64,000 nucleotides of DNA. Origin: Mobula hypostoma. Lineage: Eukaryota. The stretch covers positions 26,538,001 through 26,602,000 of the forward strand of contig NC_086109.1 of NCBI RefSeq assembly GCF_963921235.1, in the 5' to 3' direction. Shown piece after piece: positions 23,018 through 37,785 of this stretch. Both the position numbers and the translations under genes were made by a program. The notes under the pieces were generated by a model. That model saw only the letters and a program-made list of their open reading frames with translations, was not told where the DNA came from and did no database searches. Position 1 is the stretch's first letter; every line of letters starts with the position of its first letter.

Positions 23018-23107
<90 letters not shown>

Positions 23108-23244
23108 TGATAAAATTATCAGAAATGGTTGCTCTTGTAATTTAACTGTATAAATGTCTTACTCAATTGATGAAAAGGTGCAAAAGGGGAAGTTCTTTTG
23201 TTTGTTCATTATGGCTGAAGTAGTTAAGAATGGCAACTAGATTG

Positions 23245-23515
23245 TACAGAACAAATTCCCACAAACAACAATAATAATTTTAGCTATATTGGCTGAGGAA
23301 TAGATAATTGCAGGGACAGAAGATTTGTTTTATTCTCACCCTGAAAGACAAGGCAGACCTCAGTTTCATTTCTTAGTACTTGCACTGATGTGACGCTCCC
23401 TTTGTACTGCGTTGGAACTGTCAGCCTAGATTGTGTGCTTAAATCTCTAGACTTGAGCTTCAACCCACGACCTTCTGACTCCGAGGCAAGAGTGCTACCA
23501 CAGAGCCAGGGCCGA
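23245..23515 (-). mobile_element. DeuSINE (SacSINE1-like) remnant
   Basis: TGTCAGCCTAGATTGTGTGCT...CAACCCACGACCTTCTGACTCCGAGGCAAGAGTGCTACC (reverse complement of a tRNA-like head plus Deu-type core). Confidence 0.6.
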
Positions 23516-23988
23516 TACTCATCAAATAATTAATTTGACTTCACAGATATCGTGGATCTTGATTTCCTAAAAAAGCCTTTGGTAAATTATCGCATAAATG
23601 TCTATAAGATACTGTCCTGTGGAATTAGCGATCAAATTTGAAGGTAGATTCCAAATTGGCTGCATTAATAGAGGCAACGTGTGGTTATTAATGGTAGCAG
23701 TTTTGTGTGGGGTCCAGTCACTAGTGGTGTCATTTGTTTTGATATTTGTAGCTTTGCATGCTTTTGCATTCAATGAATGATAGTTGCTGAAATCGTGTAT
23801 TGGCAAGTAAAACATTGGCTGATTTTGTGAAATATACTGTAATTTGAATAATTGAAGTAAAAATGCTTGCACCTAACCCACCAGACAATTGATTTAAAAA
23901 AAATTCAAAAATCAAGTGTTAAGTAGATTTGTGGTAAATTATTTAAATATGAATTGAAATTAGCGTTTACAGATCTGATTTTCCACAG

Positions 23989-24069
23989 AAAAAGGAGCCT
24001 GTTGGTGAAAGTGATACCCTTCCACAAAATACACAGAATCTGGATGAATTGAATGCTGAAACTTTAAGT
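23989..24069 (+). CDS. SARS1: SARS1 exon 3
   Basis: cacag|AAA...AGT|gtaagt; KKEPVGESDTLPQNTQNLDELNAETLS. Confidence 0.95.
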
Positions 24070-25431
24070 GTAAGTCATACTGATTCAGTGATTGTCTTTC
24101 TTTATGCAGTCTGTTATAACAGTACACTTGTTTCATAGGAACGTTCTTATTAGTCCACTATTCAATATACCTTGGGTAATATTCTATAGGGGATTTCATC
24201 ATTCACGTGATTACAACACACACATGATTCACCCAAGTGCTTGTGATTAGAGTTTGCTTCCTTTAATGGCTAAGTTTTCTCCTTTGGGGTCTTGGCATTG
24301 ATTTCTATTATTTGCTGGTTTGCTTCTTGCAAATATTTTATTCATGTATTTTTCTTTTTATTTGTGGGGTCACCATTTATTGCCAATTCCTAATAATCCA
24401 TGTGAAAGTGGTGGTGAGCAATTACCTTGAATCGCTGTAGTACTTATGGTGAAAGTATTCCCATAATGGTATTGGGTCAGGAGTCCCAAGATTTGGACAC
24501 GGTCATGATGTGTAACTTGTACGGGAACTTGCAGTTGGCAGTTTATATGTATGCCTATTGCCCTCAACCTTGGTGTTAGAGATCACAGTTTTAGAAGAGG
24601 CTTTTGGAATTATCCAGGTAAGCAACTGCAGTCATTTTTCTAGATGGCATGTATTGCAGCCATTGTGCTGCTGGTGAGGAAAATTAATATTTAGGGCAGT
24701 GAATAGGGTTACCAGGCAAATAATCTGCTCTTTTCTGGGTGCTATGTTTTTGGAACTGCATTTATCTTGACAAATGGAGAGTACATGTACTTGAGACACA
24801 TTCCTTAAAACTGATGAAAGGACATAAGGGTGTCAAGACACGAGTCGTTGGTCATAGCATACCCAGTCTCCTTCTCCCCCCCCCCCCCACTTTCCTTACT
24901 ACAGTATTGACATGTTGACATCTGATTGTGTCTCTAATCAAAGGCAACCTTAGGATGTTGATGCGGGGAAACTCAATGATTGTTATCCCATTGTATGTCA
25001 AGATTAGGTTGTTAGCAGGCTATTACCAACTTTTGTGGTAATCAATTACTAAAGGCAAATCGATTATCAGTCAGGTTGGGAACAGTATGGAGAAGATTCA
25101 GACTTGTCTTTCTCTACTGTGTCATTACATTTTAATTTTCTTGTGCTCAGTTACATTACTGTCTTCTACAATTTTCTTTGTGAACGTGAATGGGGAAAAT
25201 AGAGGAAATCTAGGGGGTGGTGGGGAACAATCATACTCCAGTTGTATGCCTTGTAACTGATAGAAGGACTTTATGGTAATATGAAGCCAATTTGTTGAAA
25301 TATTAAAGGTAATTTGTAATTGGGAAAATATTTTAGAAAGTTAAATACTGAGATCTGTTCCAGATTAGAAAAAAATTAAAAATGGAAGTTGAAAAAAGGA
25401 GAGGAAATTGGGCAAAATTGACAAGGTCTAA

Positions 25432-26512
25432 AGTTGTTGATCCAGAACTGGCTTGCCCACAGAAGGCAAAGAGTGGTTGTAGACGGGTCATATTCTGCAT
25501 GGAGGTCGGTCACCAGCGGAGGGGATCTGTTCTGGGACCCTTACTCTTCGTGATTTTTATAAATGACCTGGATGAGGAAGTGGAGGGATGGGTTAGTAAA
25601 TTTGCTGATGACACAAAGGCTAAAGATGTTATGGATAGTGTAGAGGGCTGTCAGAGGTTACAGCGGGACATTGATAGGATGCAAAACTAGGCTGAGAAGT
25701 GGCAGATGGAGTTCAACCCAGATAAGTGTGAAGTGGTTCATTTTGGTAGGTCAAATATGATGGCAGAATATATTATTAATGGTAAGACTCTTGGCAGTGT
25801 GGCGGATCAGAGGGATCTTGGGGTCCGAGTCCCTAGGCTGCTCAAAGCAGCTGCGCAGGTTGACTGTGGTTAAGAAGGCGTACGGTGTATTGGCCTTCAT
25901 CAATCGTGGAATTGAATTTAGGAGCCGAGAGGTAATGTTGCAGCTATATAGGACCCTGGTCAGACCTCACTTGGATTACTGTACTCAGTTCTGGTTGCCT
26001 CACCACAGGAAGGATGTGGAAGCCATAGACAGGGTGCAGAGGAGATTTACAAGGATGTGGCCTGGATTGGGGAGCATGCCTTATGAGAATAGGTTGAGTG
26101 AACTCGGCCTTTTCTCCTTGGAGTGACGGAGGATGAGAGGTGACTTGATAGAGGTGTATAAGATGATGGGAGGCATTGATTGTCTGGATAGTCAGAGGCT
26201 TTTTCCCAGGGCTGAAATGGTTGCCACAAGAGGACACAGGTTTAAGGTGCTGGGAAGTAGGTACAGAGGAGATGTCAGGGGTAAGTTTTTTACTCAGAGA
26301 GTGGTGAGTGCGTGGAATGGGCTGCCGGCAGCTGTGGTGGAGGCGGATATGATAGGGTCTTTTAAGAGACTTTTGGATAGGTACATGGAGCTTAGAAAAA
26401 TAGAGGGCTATGGGTAAGCCTAGTAATTTCTAAGGTAGGGACATGTTCAGCATAACTTTGTGGGCCGAAGGGCCTGTATTGTGCTGTAGGTTTTCTATGT
26501 TCCTATGTTTCT
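25432..26512 (+). mobile_element. CR1 LINE 3' part (second subfamily)
   Basis: GSVLGPLLFVIFINDLD...KFADDTK...RPHLDYC...RKIEGYG; CTATGTT tail. Confidence 0.9.
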
Positions 26513-28110
26513 GATGTGGAGTCTGTGTACTGGTTTTGGTTCATCAGGTCGATGTCAGGTCCTTGGAGAGCAATCCAATTGATCCGTTCCTTATTTCCTG
26601 GTGCTCCTGCACCCCTGCATCTTGTTTTCTCTCCCATTTTTTATGTAGATTCTTTTTGCCAATAACCTACACTGCAGAGTAATTTTATAGTAGACAAGCC
26701 TTTGGGATATTGGAGGAAACCAGAGCAGTGGTAAAGGAGAGAATCGGCCAACTTCGGAGTCAGAACTGAACACGGGTCCCTGAAGCTGTGAGGTAGCAGT
26801 ACTAACTACCACCCAACATAATTGCAGCTAAGATTACAGTGGACTTTGCTACAATGATGCAAGAGGCTAAAAATAAGTACATTTTAGAGAGAAATTGTGG
26901 GATGATGAGCGAAGGGATGTCAAGATCACACTTATGTGTTGAGCAGAGTATTTGTTTACCCCATTTAAACCAGATTGTTTGACGAACCATGAAAACAGTG
27001 TGTCAGAAGGGGGAAGGTAACTATAGACTGCTGTCCCAAATGGGAAATGTACAGGTGAAGTTTAGGTTCAGGAAGTATGATGAAGTTTATTCATTTATTA
27101 TCAACCTTATTTTTTTTTAAATGACATGCTGTTGTTGGAGCAACCATCGTGTTTGAGTCCCACCAATTTATATATAATCTCCTAAGCCAAGCATATTAAT
27201 CTCGGCACATGTGGGAAAAACACAATAGACTTGATGTATGTAAGCAATTTCACTCCATTAATGGAAAATAATTAACTAAAGGTTGATAGAAAATTATTGA
27301 ACAAGTCTGTGAGGTTAGCATTAGTTATCTGAAAAGCCATTTGAAAAAAAACTTTAATTTTGAGGGGTCTTTGACTTTACACATTGGTGCTCTCTCATTC
27401 TACAGATGCAGCCAGGCCTGTTGAGTATTTCCTGCATTTTCCGTGTCTGTCTGAAATGTCAATTGCCTTTCAGAACCAACCTTTTCCTGTGTAACACACA
27501 TGCTGCTATTTCATTTTAGTGTAATTAATTCTGTTTTTTTAATAAGTATATGTTGCAGAATATAATCATATGTCATAATCAGAATATGAAATGATTTATT
27601 TCTGTAATATTCAAAAGAAATGACCAAACTCCATCACTGGATTTGTATTTCTCTTGCAGTCAGGTTATTTTGATGAGATGAGAAATTATAACCCGATTAA
27701 CAAAATGAATCTATGGAGTTTTTTTTACTTAGTTGTAAATAATTTTGCCATTTTTTCCCAACTCTTGAATTTAGGCATTTATAGTCTGACGAAAAGCATT
27801 TTTGTAGCTACTAGACTCATCCCATCCCATTGTTGTCCAAAAATGGTTCACTGGTCAAAGCATTCCGTTCTCCCATATTCTGTAGAGCAGATAAAGTAGA
27901 GATGTGAATTATTGTGTTAGTAAATTTTATCTTTCACTAATCCAGTTTGCGTGCATAGCCACTTGGCTGAACATTTTCAAACAAGAGTTATGCATATTTG
28001 GAAGTAAATTTGTAATAGTATTGAAAATAATGTAACAATAATCTGCCTCTTATTTTGGAATGGTATAAAGTGAAATATTGTATCTTACATAGGATAATCT
28101 TAATTTTCAG

Positions 28111-28269
28111 GGTTTAAATGTAACACAGATCAAGAAAATACGGGTCCTTATCGATGACGCCATAGGAAAATGTGACACCGAACGTCTGAAACTAGAAGTA
28201 CAAAGATTAGACAGTCTGAGAGAAATTGGTAATATCTTGCATCCCTCTGTACCCATCAGCAATGATGAG
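28111..28269 (+). CDS. SARS1: SARS1 exon 4
   Basis: ttcag|GGT...GAG|gtaag; [18 protein letters not shown]...[18 protein letters not shown]. Confidence 0.97.
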
Positions 28270-30360
28270 GTAAGGACATAGATTACATTGCTAAATTATT
28301 TGATTTGTATGTATTTTATAGTTAACACTGAGCACACTGAAATTCAGTATCAAATATGAAAGTCGACATTATTCTTAATATTGTATTTAAAATTAAGATC
28401 TAATTCAGTAATACAAAAGCCTTGCTCCAGATGATTTTAAGGTATTATTTTATGCAAAATACAAGCTTTGCTATTTTAAAGGCTATGGCAAGGGAGATTA
28501 ATGTACTAAATGAAAGATCTTCTACGAGTTAATGGAAGAAATTGGACTGCTTTCTGTATTGCAAGATAACATTGGCCGTTGTGGATATTATTCCAAAGTA
28601 TTGATTTGGCTGAAAATGTGAGAGAATGGAAATTGGCTGAAAGTCACTAGTTAGACCCAGCTTCTCTTTATATGAATGTGAATAAGCTACTGATGTTTGG
28701 AGCACAGAGAATGACAAGTCTTTCAAAAGATCTCTGATCTAAGTTGTTCTTAAAGTGGTTTCTTGGGTTGCTAGAGTGCTTATTTTAGATATTATAAGAG
28801 TATAGAAGAGCAATTGGAAGTAATCCAAAGCAATTTAGTTTTTGAAAGGGATATGTTGGTCAGTCTGTGACTTCTGAAGAAATTGTAGAATTTTATACAG
28901 CTCGGACAAATGCTACTCAAAGAGCTATTAATGTAAATAAGGCTTTTGATTGCATTGTGGACTGGAAGCTATGAAATTATGGAGCCAAATGTTTTCTTTC
29001 AACTTGGCTTGCCTAGATGTAAATTGACACTGAACTACTTTGTGGTGAAAGATCTCTCTCTCTCTCTCCCCATCATTGTTAAGGTTCCATGGAAGAGATA
29101 GCAGAATCTTATGTTCTAAGTACCTAAGTATTTCTAGAAAATTTCAAACACCTTGAAATTATCTTAATACCCAGAGAGTTGAATGCAGATCTACTTGTCA
29201 AATGGAACAATGTGCATTCGGAGCAGTTTGATGTGATAATTGAAACCACAAAGATCCGTTGTTTAGCTTATGTAAAATATAACCAGGTATCCAAACATTG
29301 TTCATCAGCGTTATTCTTGAAAAAATTTTTCGGAAAGACCCGCAAATAGGATCCACCCAGACACCGGTCTCTAGAACTGAGGCAGTGGAAAAAGGCATGT
29401 TTATTTCTCTTATTTTGGTCAAGAGAAATTAGGTATAAAAGACATTTTCTTTCCTGTTTGCTGATATTAAAAACTGAGGACATGAAACCAAATGGTTTCC
29501 TCAAGAACACATTCAAGATGAGGAGCCAGCTGTAGAAGAAGGTAAAATCATATCATAAACATTGTTCTTTTCAGTGACTAGTCCCAATGCTGAACTGAGT
29601 CTCATAGGCATTAAGAACTCCAAGATGAAATGTTTCTCTAATAGAAGTTACAAACCAAGTATATTTGTTGTTGTTTGAAGCCCCAAAAATGCTCCAGGAC
29701 ACTTGGTAATGAACCATATCTGAAATAGCAACAGTGGGGGCTGTTGGTTAACTTCAGGGTGCAGGGAGACATTGTTGTCAGTTCCATTTATGCATATTGG
29801 ATGAATGTATATCAGTTGGTACGCTTGATAGTGGCAGCAAATAGCATACAGGGCTCATTTAACATGACTTGCACAAAGTTTAACTGTTTTGCAATGTGAA
29901 GATTAAGACCTTCAGACACAGGAACAGAATCAGGCCATTGTTAGTTAAGGGGCACAACCCTGCCTTTACCACCAGAGAAATGAGGGCATGTATTTCCTTA
30001 AGGGTGGGTGATTTCTTTGACTTTTCATTGTTATTGATTACTTCCACCTGTTCTATTTCCCCCCTCCCCCACCCCAAAATACCTGCCTGCCATGGTCCAA
30101 CTCCCACCCAATGCTCAATGATTTCTCCTGCACACAACTGTTTCAGCAACCCTGCCCCTCCCTACCCACCCCCCAAACCACATGTATCTTCCCAGTATGA
30201 TAAACTCCCATCCTCTATGACCTCTGCAGAAACTGAAGATTACAAAGACTGTGGTCTGTTCTGCTCTGCCTTGGGCCTTCAACATGGGAGAATATTGGAA
30301 GCCTTTGGGCTGGCCAATGGTAGGAGATGTCATGTGAACCAAATGTTGTTTTCCCTGAAG

Positions 30361-30785
30361 TAACACACAAAACACTGGGGGAACTCAGCAGGCCAAGCAG
30401 CATCTATGGAGGGAAATGAACAGCAATGGGGTAGGAGCATGAGCTGTAAGGTGATGGGTGCATCCAGATGAGAGGGGTAAGATGGGTAGATGAGGCAGGA
30501 AGTGAGGATGATTTGAGAAGCTGCTAAGTGAAAGTTGGAAAAGGCAAAGGGCTGAAGAATAGGGAATCTGATGGGAGAGGACAGTGGAAGATGGAATAAA
30601 GGGAAGGAGGTGGGGAATCAGAGGAGGAAGGAATGGGTGATGGGCAGGTTGTGAGGGCAGGGGAGCAGAAAGAGAAGGGGTGACACAGCCAGAGGATAAG
30701 CCAAAGGGAGGAAAGGGGGCAGAGGGATAAGCAAAGGGAGGTGATGTTCTGATGATGGATTGTAGGCCAAAATGTTGAGTGTTTG
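30361..30785 (-). mobile_element. Old Penelope-derived 3' fragment with an inverted end
   Basis: Reverse tail GAACTCAGCAGGCCAAGCAGCATCTATGG, purine-rich body, degenerate plus-strand CTGATGA...CCAAAATGTTGA near 30749-30780. Confidence 0.55.
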
Positions 30786-31277
30786 TAGTAATATGGATTT
30801 CTCCCCACAAAGTTCCATACAGTCATCCTAGTCCCAATGTGTGTTCTGGCTACAGCCAAGAAAACAGGAAGTGTTCCTAGCATAAATTTTCATTCTTGGC
30901 CAGGGTAAGTATTATTGTCAATTTATGTAACTTATGGGCCTACACAGAAAGAATACTTTGCTCTGAAGAACTTTGTAGTTTTTTTTGTTGAAAACTTACA
31001 AATATACTTAAGGGTTACTATGCATTGTAAGATAAACAGCTGACTCCATTGTGGCTAGGTATATTGCGTGTGAAGTTTGTCCCTCAGTAAAAATTTTGTA
31101 ATATTGATATTTTCACAACTTTGTTTTGTATCTCCCAGCTCTCAGAAATTCTTAAAACTCCTTTGTTTCCAATTCCGTTCCTTTTGCAGTTTGATTATAT
31201 GAAATCAAAACATTACAGAACGGTAGTTGGAATATATGGAGTAGGAAATTAGTCCTCTCACTGGTGTTAAAGGCATG

Positions 31278-31688
31278 TACGGTCAGTGGTCACTTTATTA
31301 GATACCTCCTGTACCTAATAAATTGTCCACTGAATTGACATTCCTGGTCTTCTGTTGCTATAGCCCATTCACTTCAAGGTTCAGTGTGTTGTGCATTCAG
31401 AGATGTTCTTCTGCGCATTGATTTTGTAACGTGTATTTGAGTTACTCACCTTCCTGGCAGCATGACCCAGACGGCAATTCACCTGTCACCTCTCAAGATT
31501 TTTATGCCCTCAGAACCGTTTTTTTCCTTCATTTTTGCACCATTCTCTGTAAACTTGCAGACTGCCATATGTGAAAATCCCAGGAGCTCAGCAGTTTTTA
31601 AGATACTCAAACCACCTCACCTGCACCAACAATCATTCCATGATCAACGTGGAATGTACAGGTATAAAGTGGCCACAGAGTGTATGTA
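31278..31688. mobile_element. Tc1-derived non-autonomous element (same family as 4068-5630)
   Basis: CAGTGGTCACTTTATTAGATAC...ATAAAGTGGCCACAGAGTGTA ends; body similar to 4070-4320 and 5370-5480. Confidence 0.7.
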
Positions 31689-32072
31689 GTGGTGTCTGCA
31701 TTTATATGCTATTCTGAATTATGGTTACACTTTTATGGAACAATTTTAAAAGGGCTATACAAACAGCAGCCAATTTTATTAGAATATGCAGCTGCTTTGA
31801 ACCAAAGTTGATTTATTGCCCCAGAAATTTGAATGATTTCTGTAAGAAACCGGTTATCTGAGGTATCATTATAACCATGGGTGTTTTTTTCCAATTTTGG
31901 TGTTTACTTGTATCTCATTCTAATAAAGTAGCTTTCTTTTGGATAGAGAGAAAATGCCACAAGTCACCTTGCTTCACAACTTTTGTCTAGCTTTATTTGT
32001 AACGTGCTGATAGATTGCATCTGATTTCAGAATATTTTAGCAATTTAAAAGCTTTCTTTTTCTCCTTTACAG

Positions 32073-32216
32073 GATGCAGACAATAAAGTGGAACGAACAT
32101 GGGGAGATTGTACTTCCACAAAGAAGTATTCCCATGTCGACTTAGTGGTAATGGTTGATGGTTTTGAAGCAGAGAAAGCTGCTGTAGTAGCAGGCAGCCG
32201 AGGGTATTTCTTGAAG
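32073..32216 (+). CDS. SARS1: SARS1 exon 5
   Basis: tacag|GAT...AAG|gtgag; [13 protein letters not shown]...KYSHVDLV...AGSRGYFLK. Confidence 0.97.
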
Positions 32217-33364
32217 GTGAGATTATAGTATGTTAAATTACCTATATCTTGGTAATATTAAACCAGCAACATTTAAGTTCAGTTTTGTATAAATAGCTAA
32301 AGCCTGCCAATCACCTCTTGCTAATTTTCATCATGTTTTCCTTTCCTTGGGGAACTTATTTCTTTGAGATCCCTGTGCAGATTCATCTCTGAGTAAAGGC
32401 TAAATGTGTAATCTTACACAGTGTTTATTATTTAATCATATCAGGTACAACTGCAATGGTTTGTGTGTCATTTTCTGGTGGTGGCTGAAGTAGTTTGAGC
32501 ATTTTGTTAACTCAGTTTCTCAAGTTATTAGTAACCTTGTGATATGTTTACCATGGTGTCTTGACTATAGGAAGGGAGTCCCATTTCAAGAGGTGGAATA
32601 GACAAGTACTGTCCAATTTCTCCAAAGTCAAGGTGATTGAACTGACTGAGAGCCCCAAGGATTAGGAACATTTTCATTTTCAGTTGGTTTCTGTTGATTT
32701 CACTCAAGATGCAAGTAGAGAGCGATAAAGGTTCTGTACTTTTGTAGACTAAATAAAATGAAGAATGCTGCTTATCACTGACACCTTGGGTCTAGGTTTT
32801 CAAAGCAATCCCATCAATATACAGTGGAACAGAATTATGAGTCTTCTGCCAGGGTCAGTCTGGAATTTTTTTGCATTCAGACATGATCAGGACCAATAAA
32901 AGCCTCCCTTAAATGGTCCTTTCAATTTTTATTGATTAAAATGATTGTAATAAATCACAATACTATTTTTCTTATATTGAATGGATATATTAGTCCACTA
33001 ACTTTTTTTGTTGTGTACCCATACTTGTATTAAACAGCACCATTTTGCCAAGTATATTTTCAAAAATTGTATTTGACTAATAATTTGCATCAATGATTTT
33101 AAAATGTACTGATTAAGCTTATTAATATTTTAAATATTGCATGGTTAGGTTCAAAGCTGTTGTAACAATATAAATTGCAAAGTGTACTTAAACGTTTAAA
33201 AATGAGAGGGGGAAATTATTTTGTCTTATTAACTCAGTTTAGTATTTTACCTTCATTTTGAATTTTTTTGTGCATTCATGGAATGTGGGCTCTGTTGACA
33301 TTATCAGCATTTATACACCTTTGCTAATAGCCCCATTAGGAGAGGTTGGTGAGTTGCTGCCTTA

Positions 33365-34165
33365 AATCAAAATTCAAAGTAAATCTATTATCAAAGTACA
33401 CCATATACAACCCTGAGATTAATTTTCTCGTGGACATTCACAGTAAATCTAAGAAGCACAATAGAAGCATAGCAAGGTGGACAAACAACCAATGTGCAAA
33501 GACAGCAAGTACAAAAAGAAATAATAAATAAGTAAGCAAAAAATATTGAAATAATGAGATGAATAGTCCTTGAAAGTGAAACAACTCAGTGTTGGGTTGA
33601 GTAAATGCTCAAGAGCCTCATGGTTGTGGGATAATAACAGTTTCTGAACCTGGTGGTGTGGGTCCTGAGGCTCCTGTACCGCCTTCCTGATGATATTAGC
33701 AAGAAGAGAGCATGGCTTAGATGGTGCCGGTCCGTGATGATGGATGATGCTTTCTTGCAACAGTGCTTCGTGTAGATGTGCTCAACAGTGGGGAGGGCTT
33801 TACCAGTGATGGACTGGGCTTACCCACTACATTTTGTAGGCTTTTCTGTTAAAGAACATCACCACCTTTGGTTTGGCCAATTATAGTGGTGTCATAAGCA
33901 AACATAAATATGCCATTTGAACTGTGCTTACCCTTTCAGTCATAAGTATAAAGCAAGTCTAACTAAGCACACATCCTTGTGGTGCACCTGTGCTGATGGA
34001 GATTGTGGAGGAAACGTTGTGCCAATCCACACTGACTGTCTACAAGTGAGGAAATTGAGGATCTAGTTGTACAAGCAGGTATTGAGGCCTTGATTAGTTT
34101 AAGAGGATAATAGTTTTAAATGTTGAGCTGTCATCAATGCAGAGCATCTTGAGGTATGCATCTTC
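33365..34165 (-). mobile_element. Rex1/Babar-like LINE fragment
   Basis: AAATTCAAAGTAAATCTATTATCAAAGTAC tail reverse complement and degenerate RT text. Confidence 0.6.
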
Positions 34166-34996
34166 ACTGTGCAGATGCTTTAGGGTCTTGTCATGGAGAT
34201 ATTGGGATTATGTAGGAACTTCAGGGGTTTGGATCTAGTGTCTGTGAGGAAAAAACAATGATACATTTCTGGATCAGAATAGAGAATAATTTTGGAGACA
34301 AACCTACTACCCTTATCCTTGTTTGGTGTAGAAGTTGAGTGTTGTGTAATGGCAACCACAGTGGAAGGAGAGCTGGAAAGAGTGAATGCTTATTGGATTT
34401 GGTTGCTAATCAAGTAAGCTGTTTTGACTTGAATAGTGAGAAGCCTCTTTAATATTGCTTGAGTGGCACTCCATCCAGGAAATGGAAAATACTCTATTGT
34501 GCTCCTGCCTGTGGAGTTTTGGTTATGAGTTCCATATCTTGTTGACAGTGAAGTAGTAGTGACATGTCTGTAAGATTGGATAATGTATTACTCATTTCTG
34601 GCAGAATAGCAATCTATCATATTGTTATTTTGGGAGGTGCTGATAAAGAAACCATCTTGAGTTGTTGTAATGAATCGTATCTAAGACATGCTCTGCAGTG
34701 GTGGTATGCTCATAAAAGAAGTGAATGTCTAAGCTTATGGGCAGGGTGCTAATCATAAGACTTGTACTGTTGCCCTTGCCATGTAGTATATTACTTGACT
34801 ATCTTTGCAAAAGGGAAACCCTTCGTAGTTTTTTTTACTTACCCAGCTGGAACATCAGAAGGAAAAATGAGATCTGATATGTCGTGCAGTTTTGAGTGTA
34901 TAGTTAAGTCTGTAATTGCAAAGTTTATAATACTAATTGAAAGACCTAAAGAAAGTCAAAGAACGATATATGCCATGTGTTCATTGTGTTTTGTAG

Positions 34997-35152
34997 GGTC
35001 CTTTGGTATTTCTTGAACAAGCTCTGATCCAGCATGCTCTGCGGGGTCTAAGCAGCCAAGGCTATACTCCACTTTATACACCATTCTTTATGAGAAAAGA
35101 AGTAATGCAAGAAGTAGCACAGCTGAGTCAATTTGATGAAGAATTGTACAAG
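34997..35152 (+). CDS. SARS1: SARS1 exon 6 (class II motif 1)
   Basis: tgtag|GGT...AAG|gtact; [15 protein letters not shown]...[26 protein letters not shown]. Confidence 0.97.
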
Positions 35153-35696
35153 GTACTGAACACAATGCTTTTTGTGGTTACAAAGCAGAAAGGGAATAAT
35201 CCCCACTAATGTGATACTAGAAATTTAAGTTGTCCCTTTTGAGTGAATCGTATTGCACATTTACCATCACTTATGAAACCATAAACATTATTGTATTGAG
35301 TCAAAGACAGTCATGTTTTCTTATCTTTGTACCATCTTAAAAGTAATAACAACCTCATTATTGACTTGATGTCAACTGGACAAAGCATTAGAAGTCAGTG
35401 TGGAAAGTAGCAAAAACAACAATGACAGTTAATTTTTTTTATTTTTACCTTTACTATCTACTGATTATATCTAGTGTCTTGTCTTTCTTTATCAGCACTT
35501 AATGCTAGTTTAAAACTTGTGCAATAAAATCATGAGTATAAGAGGGTGAATGGTCCGTTTTTCCCTGGAAGGTAAAGATTTAAAAGGAAGAATGGTTTGT
35601 GTAGGGAACGAGCTGCCAGGTGAAATGTTAGATGCAGGAGCAATTACAATATTGAAAAGATATTTGGACAGACACATGAATGGGAACAGTTTAGAG

Positions 35697-35764
35697 CAGG
35701 GGTTCCCAACTTTTTTTAATGCCAAAGACCCCTACCGTTAACCGAAAGCTCTGTGGAACCCCTG
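35697..35764. mobile_element. 68-bp hAT-type MITE inserted in a CR1 3' fragment
   Basis: Ends CAGGGGTTCC...GGAACCCCTG; 8-bp TSD GTTTAGAG (35689-35696 and 35765-35772). Confidence 0.85.
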
Positions 35765-35909
35765 GTTTAGAGGGATTGGGGTCAAATGTGGGCAAATGGG
35801 ACTAGCTTACATTGACAGCTTGGCGGGCATAGTAGAATTAGACTGAAGGGTCTATTTCCTTGCCATATAACTCTATAACTTGAATTGGTATTTGCAATGT
35901 TTTCTTTAG

Positions 35910-36167
<258 letters not shown>

Positions 36168-36189
36168 TAAAACAGCTCAATAAATTATT

Positions 36190-36625
36190 TACAAGAGACT
36201 CTGCAGTTTCTGGAAACCCAGAGTAACGTAACATCTCTCTCACTCACTCACTCTCTGCTGGAAGAACTCAGTGGGTTAGATAGCATCTATGGAAAGGAAT
36301 AAAGAGCTTGTGTTTCAGGCCAACACCCTTCGTGAGGACTGGTAAGGAGGAGAGAAGAAACTAAAATAAGGTGGGGGAGGGGAAGGAGTACAAGTTAGAA
36401 GGTGGTAGGTGAAGCCAGGTGGGTGGGAAGGTAGGTGGATGGTGGAGGGAGGGTGAAATAAGAGGCTGGGAGATGATATGTGGAAAAGGTTAACGGCTGA
36501 AGAAGGAATCTGAAAGGAGAGTGGAGCATGGGTGAATGGGAAGAAGGAGGTGATAGGCAGATGAAGAGAAGAGAAAGGGGTAGGAGGGGAGCCAGAATGT
36601 GGAATGGAAAAAGGGAAGGTTAAAT
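36190..36625 (-). mobile_element. Old Penelope 3' fragment with decayed HHR
   Basis: Reverse complement CAGTCCTCACGAAGGGTGTTGGCCTGAAACAC at about 36310-36341 plus the shared tail. Confidence 0.6.
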
Positions 36626-37170
36626 TACTTGGCATGGTGCAACACTCCCTTGCGGATCCATGGATAACCCAAATTATTATCACCCATTCCAGCATTGTGG
36701 CATTCTTCACATTCTACTTCTGGGGGATGGGGTGGAAATCCCATCAATGGTATCTTCCCCATTAAATTCTCTTCATAGTACATTAATTACATAGGTGACC
36801 TGTTTAAAAGAAGGATTGCTACTGGTGATGGCCCTCAGCAAATTACATTTTCATGCCAGTCGTTACATCCACTTCAATCCATTTGGTCAATGTGCAGCAC
36901 TTCAAAGAATACCCAATATACCTCAATAAGGCCCACTGCCTCAAGAAAGAATTGATTAAAGGAGCAAAGTCATATTTGGGTGACTGCAAACAATATCCAT
37001 TGCATGAAAAAATGTAAGCGATACCAAAGCATCTGATACCCATTGCTGTATTCGCAGAAGTAATAAATGTAAATGTACAATATCATCTGATAGTGATAAT
37101 TTTATTTCAGAACATCAGTTCAATAGATTGTTGATAATTTAAGACAGTTCAATATATTTTGTCTTTATAG

Positions 37171-37300
37171 GTTGAACAATTCGTTTTTGCTTCCCCTCAT
37201 GATAATAAGTCATGGGATATGTTTGACGAAATGATTGAAACTGCTGAAGAGTTCTACCGGTCTCTAGGAATTCCATACCGCATTGTAAATATTGTATCAG
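37171..37300 (+). CDS. SARS1: SARS1 exon 8
   Basis: tatag|GTT...G|gtact; [22 protein letters not shown]...[12 protein letters not shown]. Confidence 0.97.
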
Positions 37301-37785
37301 GTACTTGATAAATCATATAGCTTCTTTAGATCCTGCTAAATGATTGAACATTTAAAAGTGCTGTTTGCTATCTATGAGATTTTAAAAACTAAAATGTATT
37401 TCCAGTTTGATTATACTTGGTGGTAAATTTGAGCTAAGAAAGAAGCAGAAGACCCATAAGACATATGTTTTAAAAATTATATTTCAATAAACCTAATTTA
37501 TTTTTATAAGGAACCTGTTTTAGATTTTAGAAGCCAATGGTCACTAGATAGGTGTTTGGAGCATTTGGAAGGTTGCAGAAAAGCAACGTGTGATATGGTT
37601 GACAAGTTTTCTACTTACAGGTTTAGTTACCAGCCTTAAGTCACAAGATATTATTTGTGTTCTGTCAAGCATTGTACATCCAAGAATAAAGGAACATAGC
37701 ATGCTCTTGTTTTGATTGTGTTGCCTTTTAGCTGATTAAAATAGTAAAGTTTCGTGGAGATGAGGAAACTCTCTAAAACTACTTT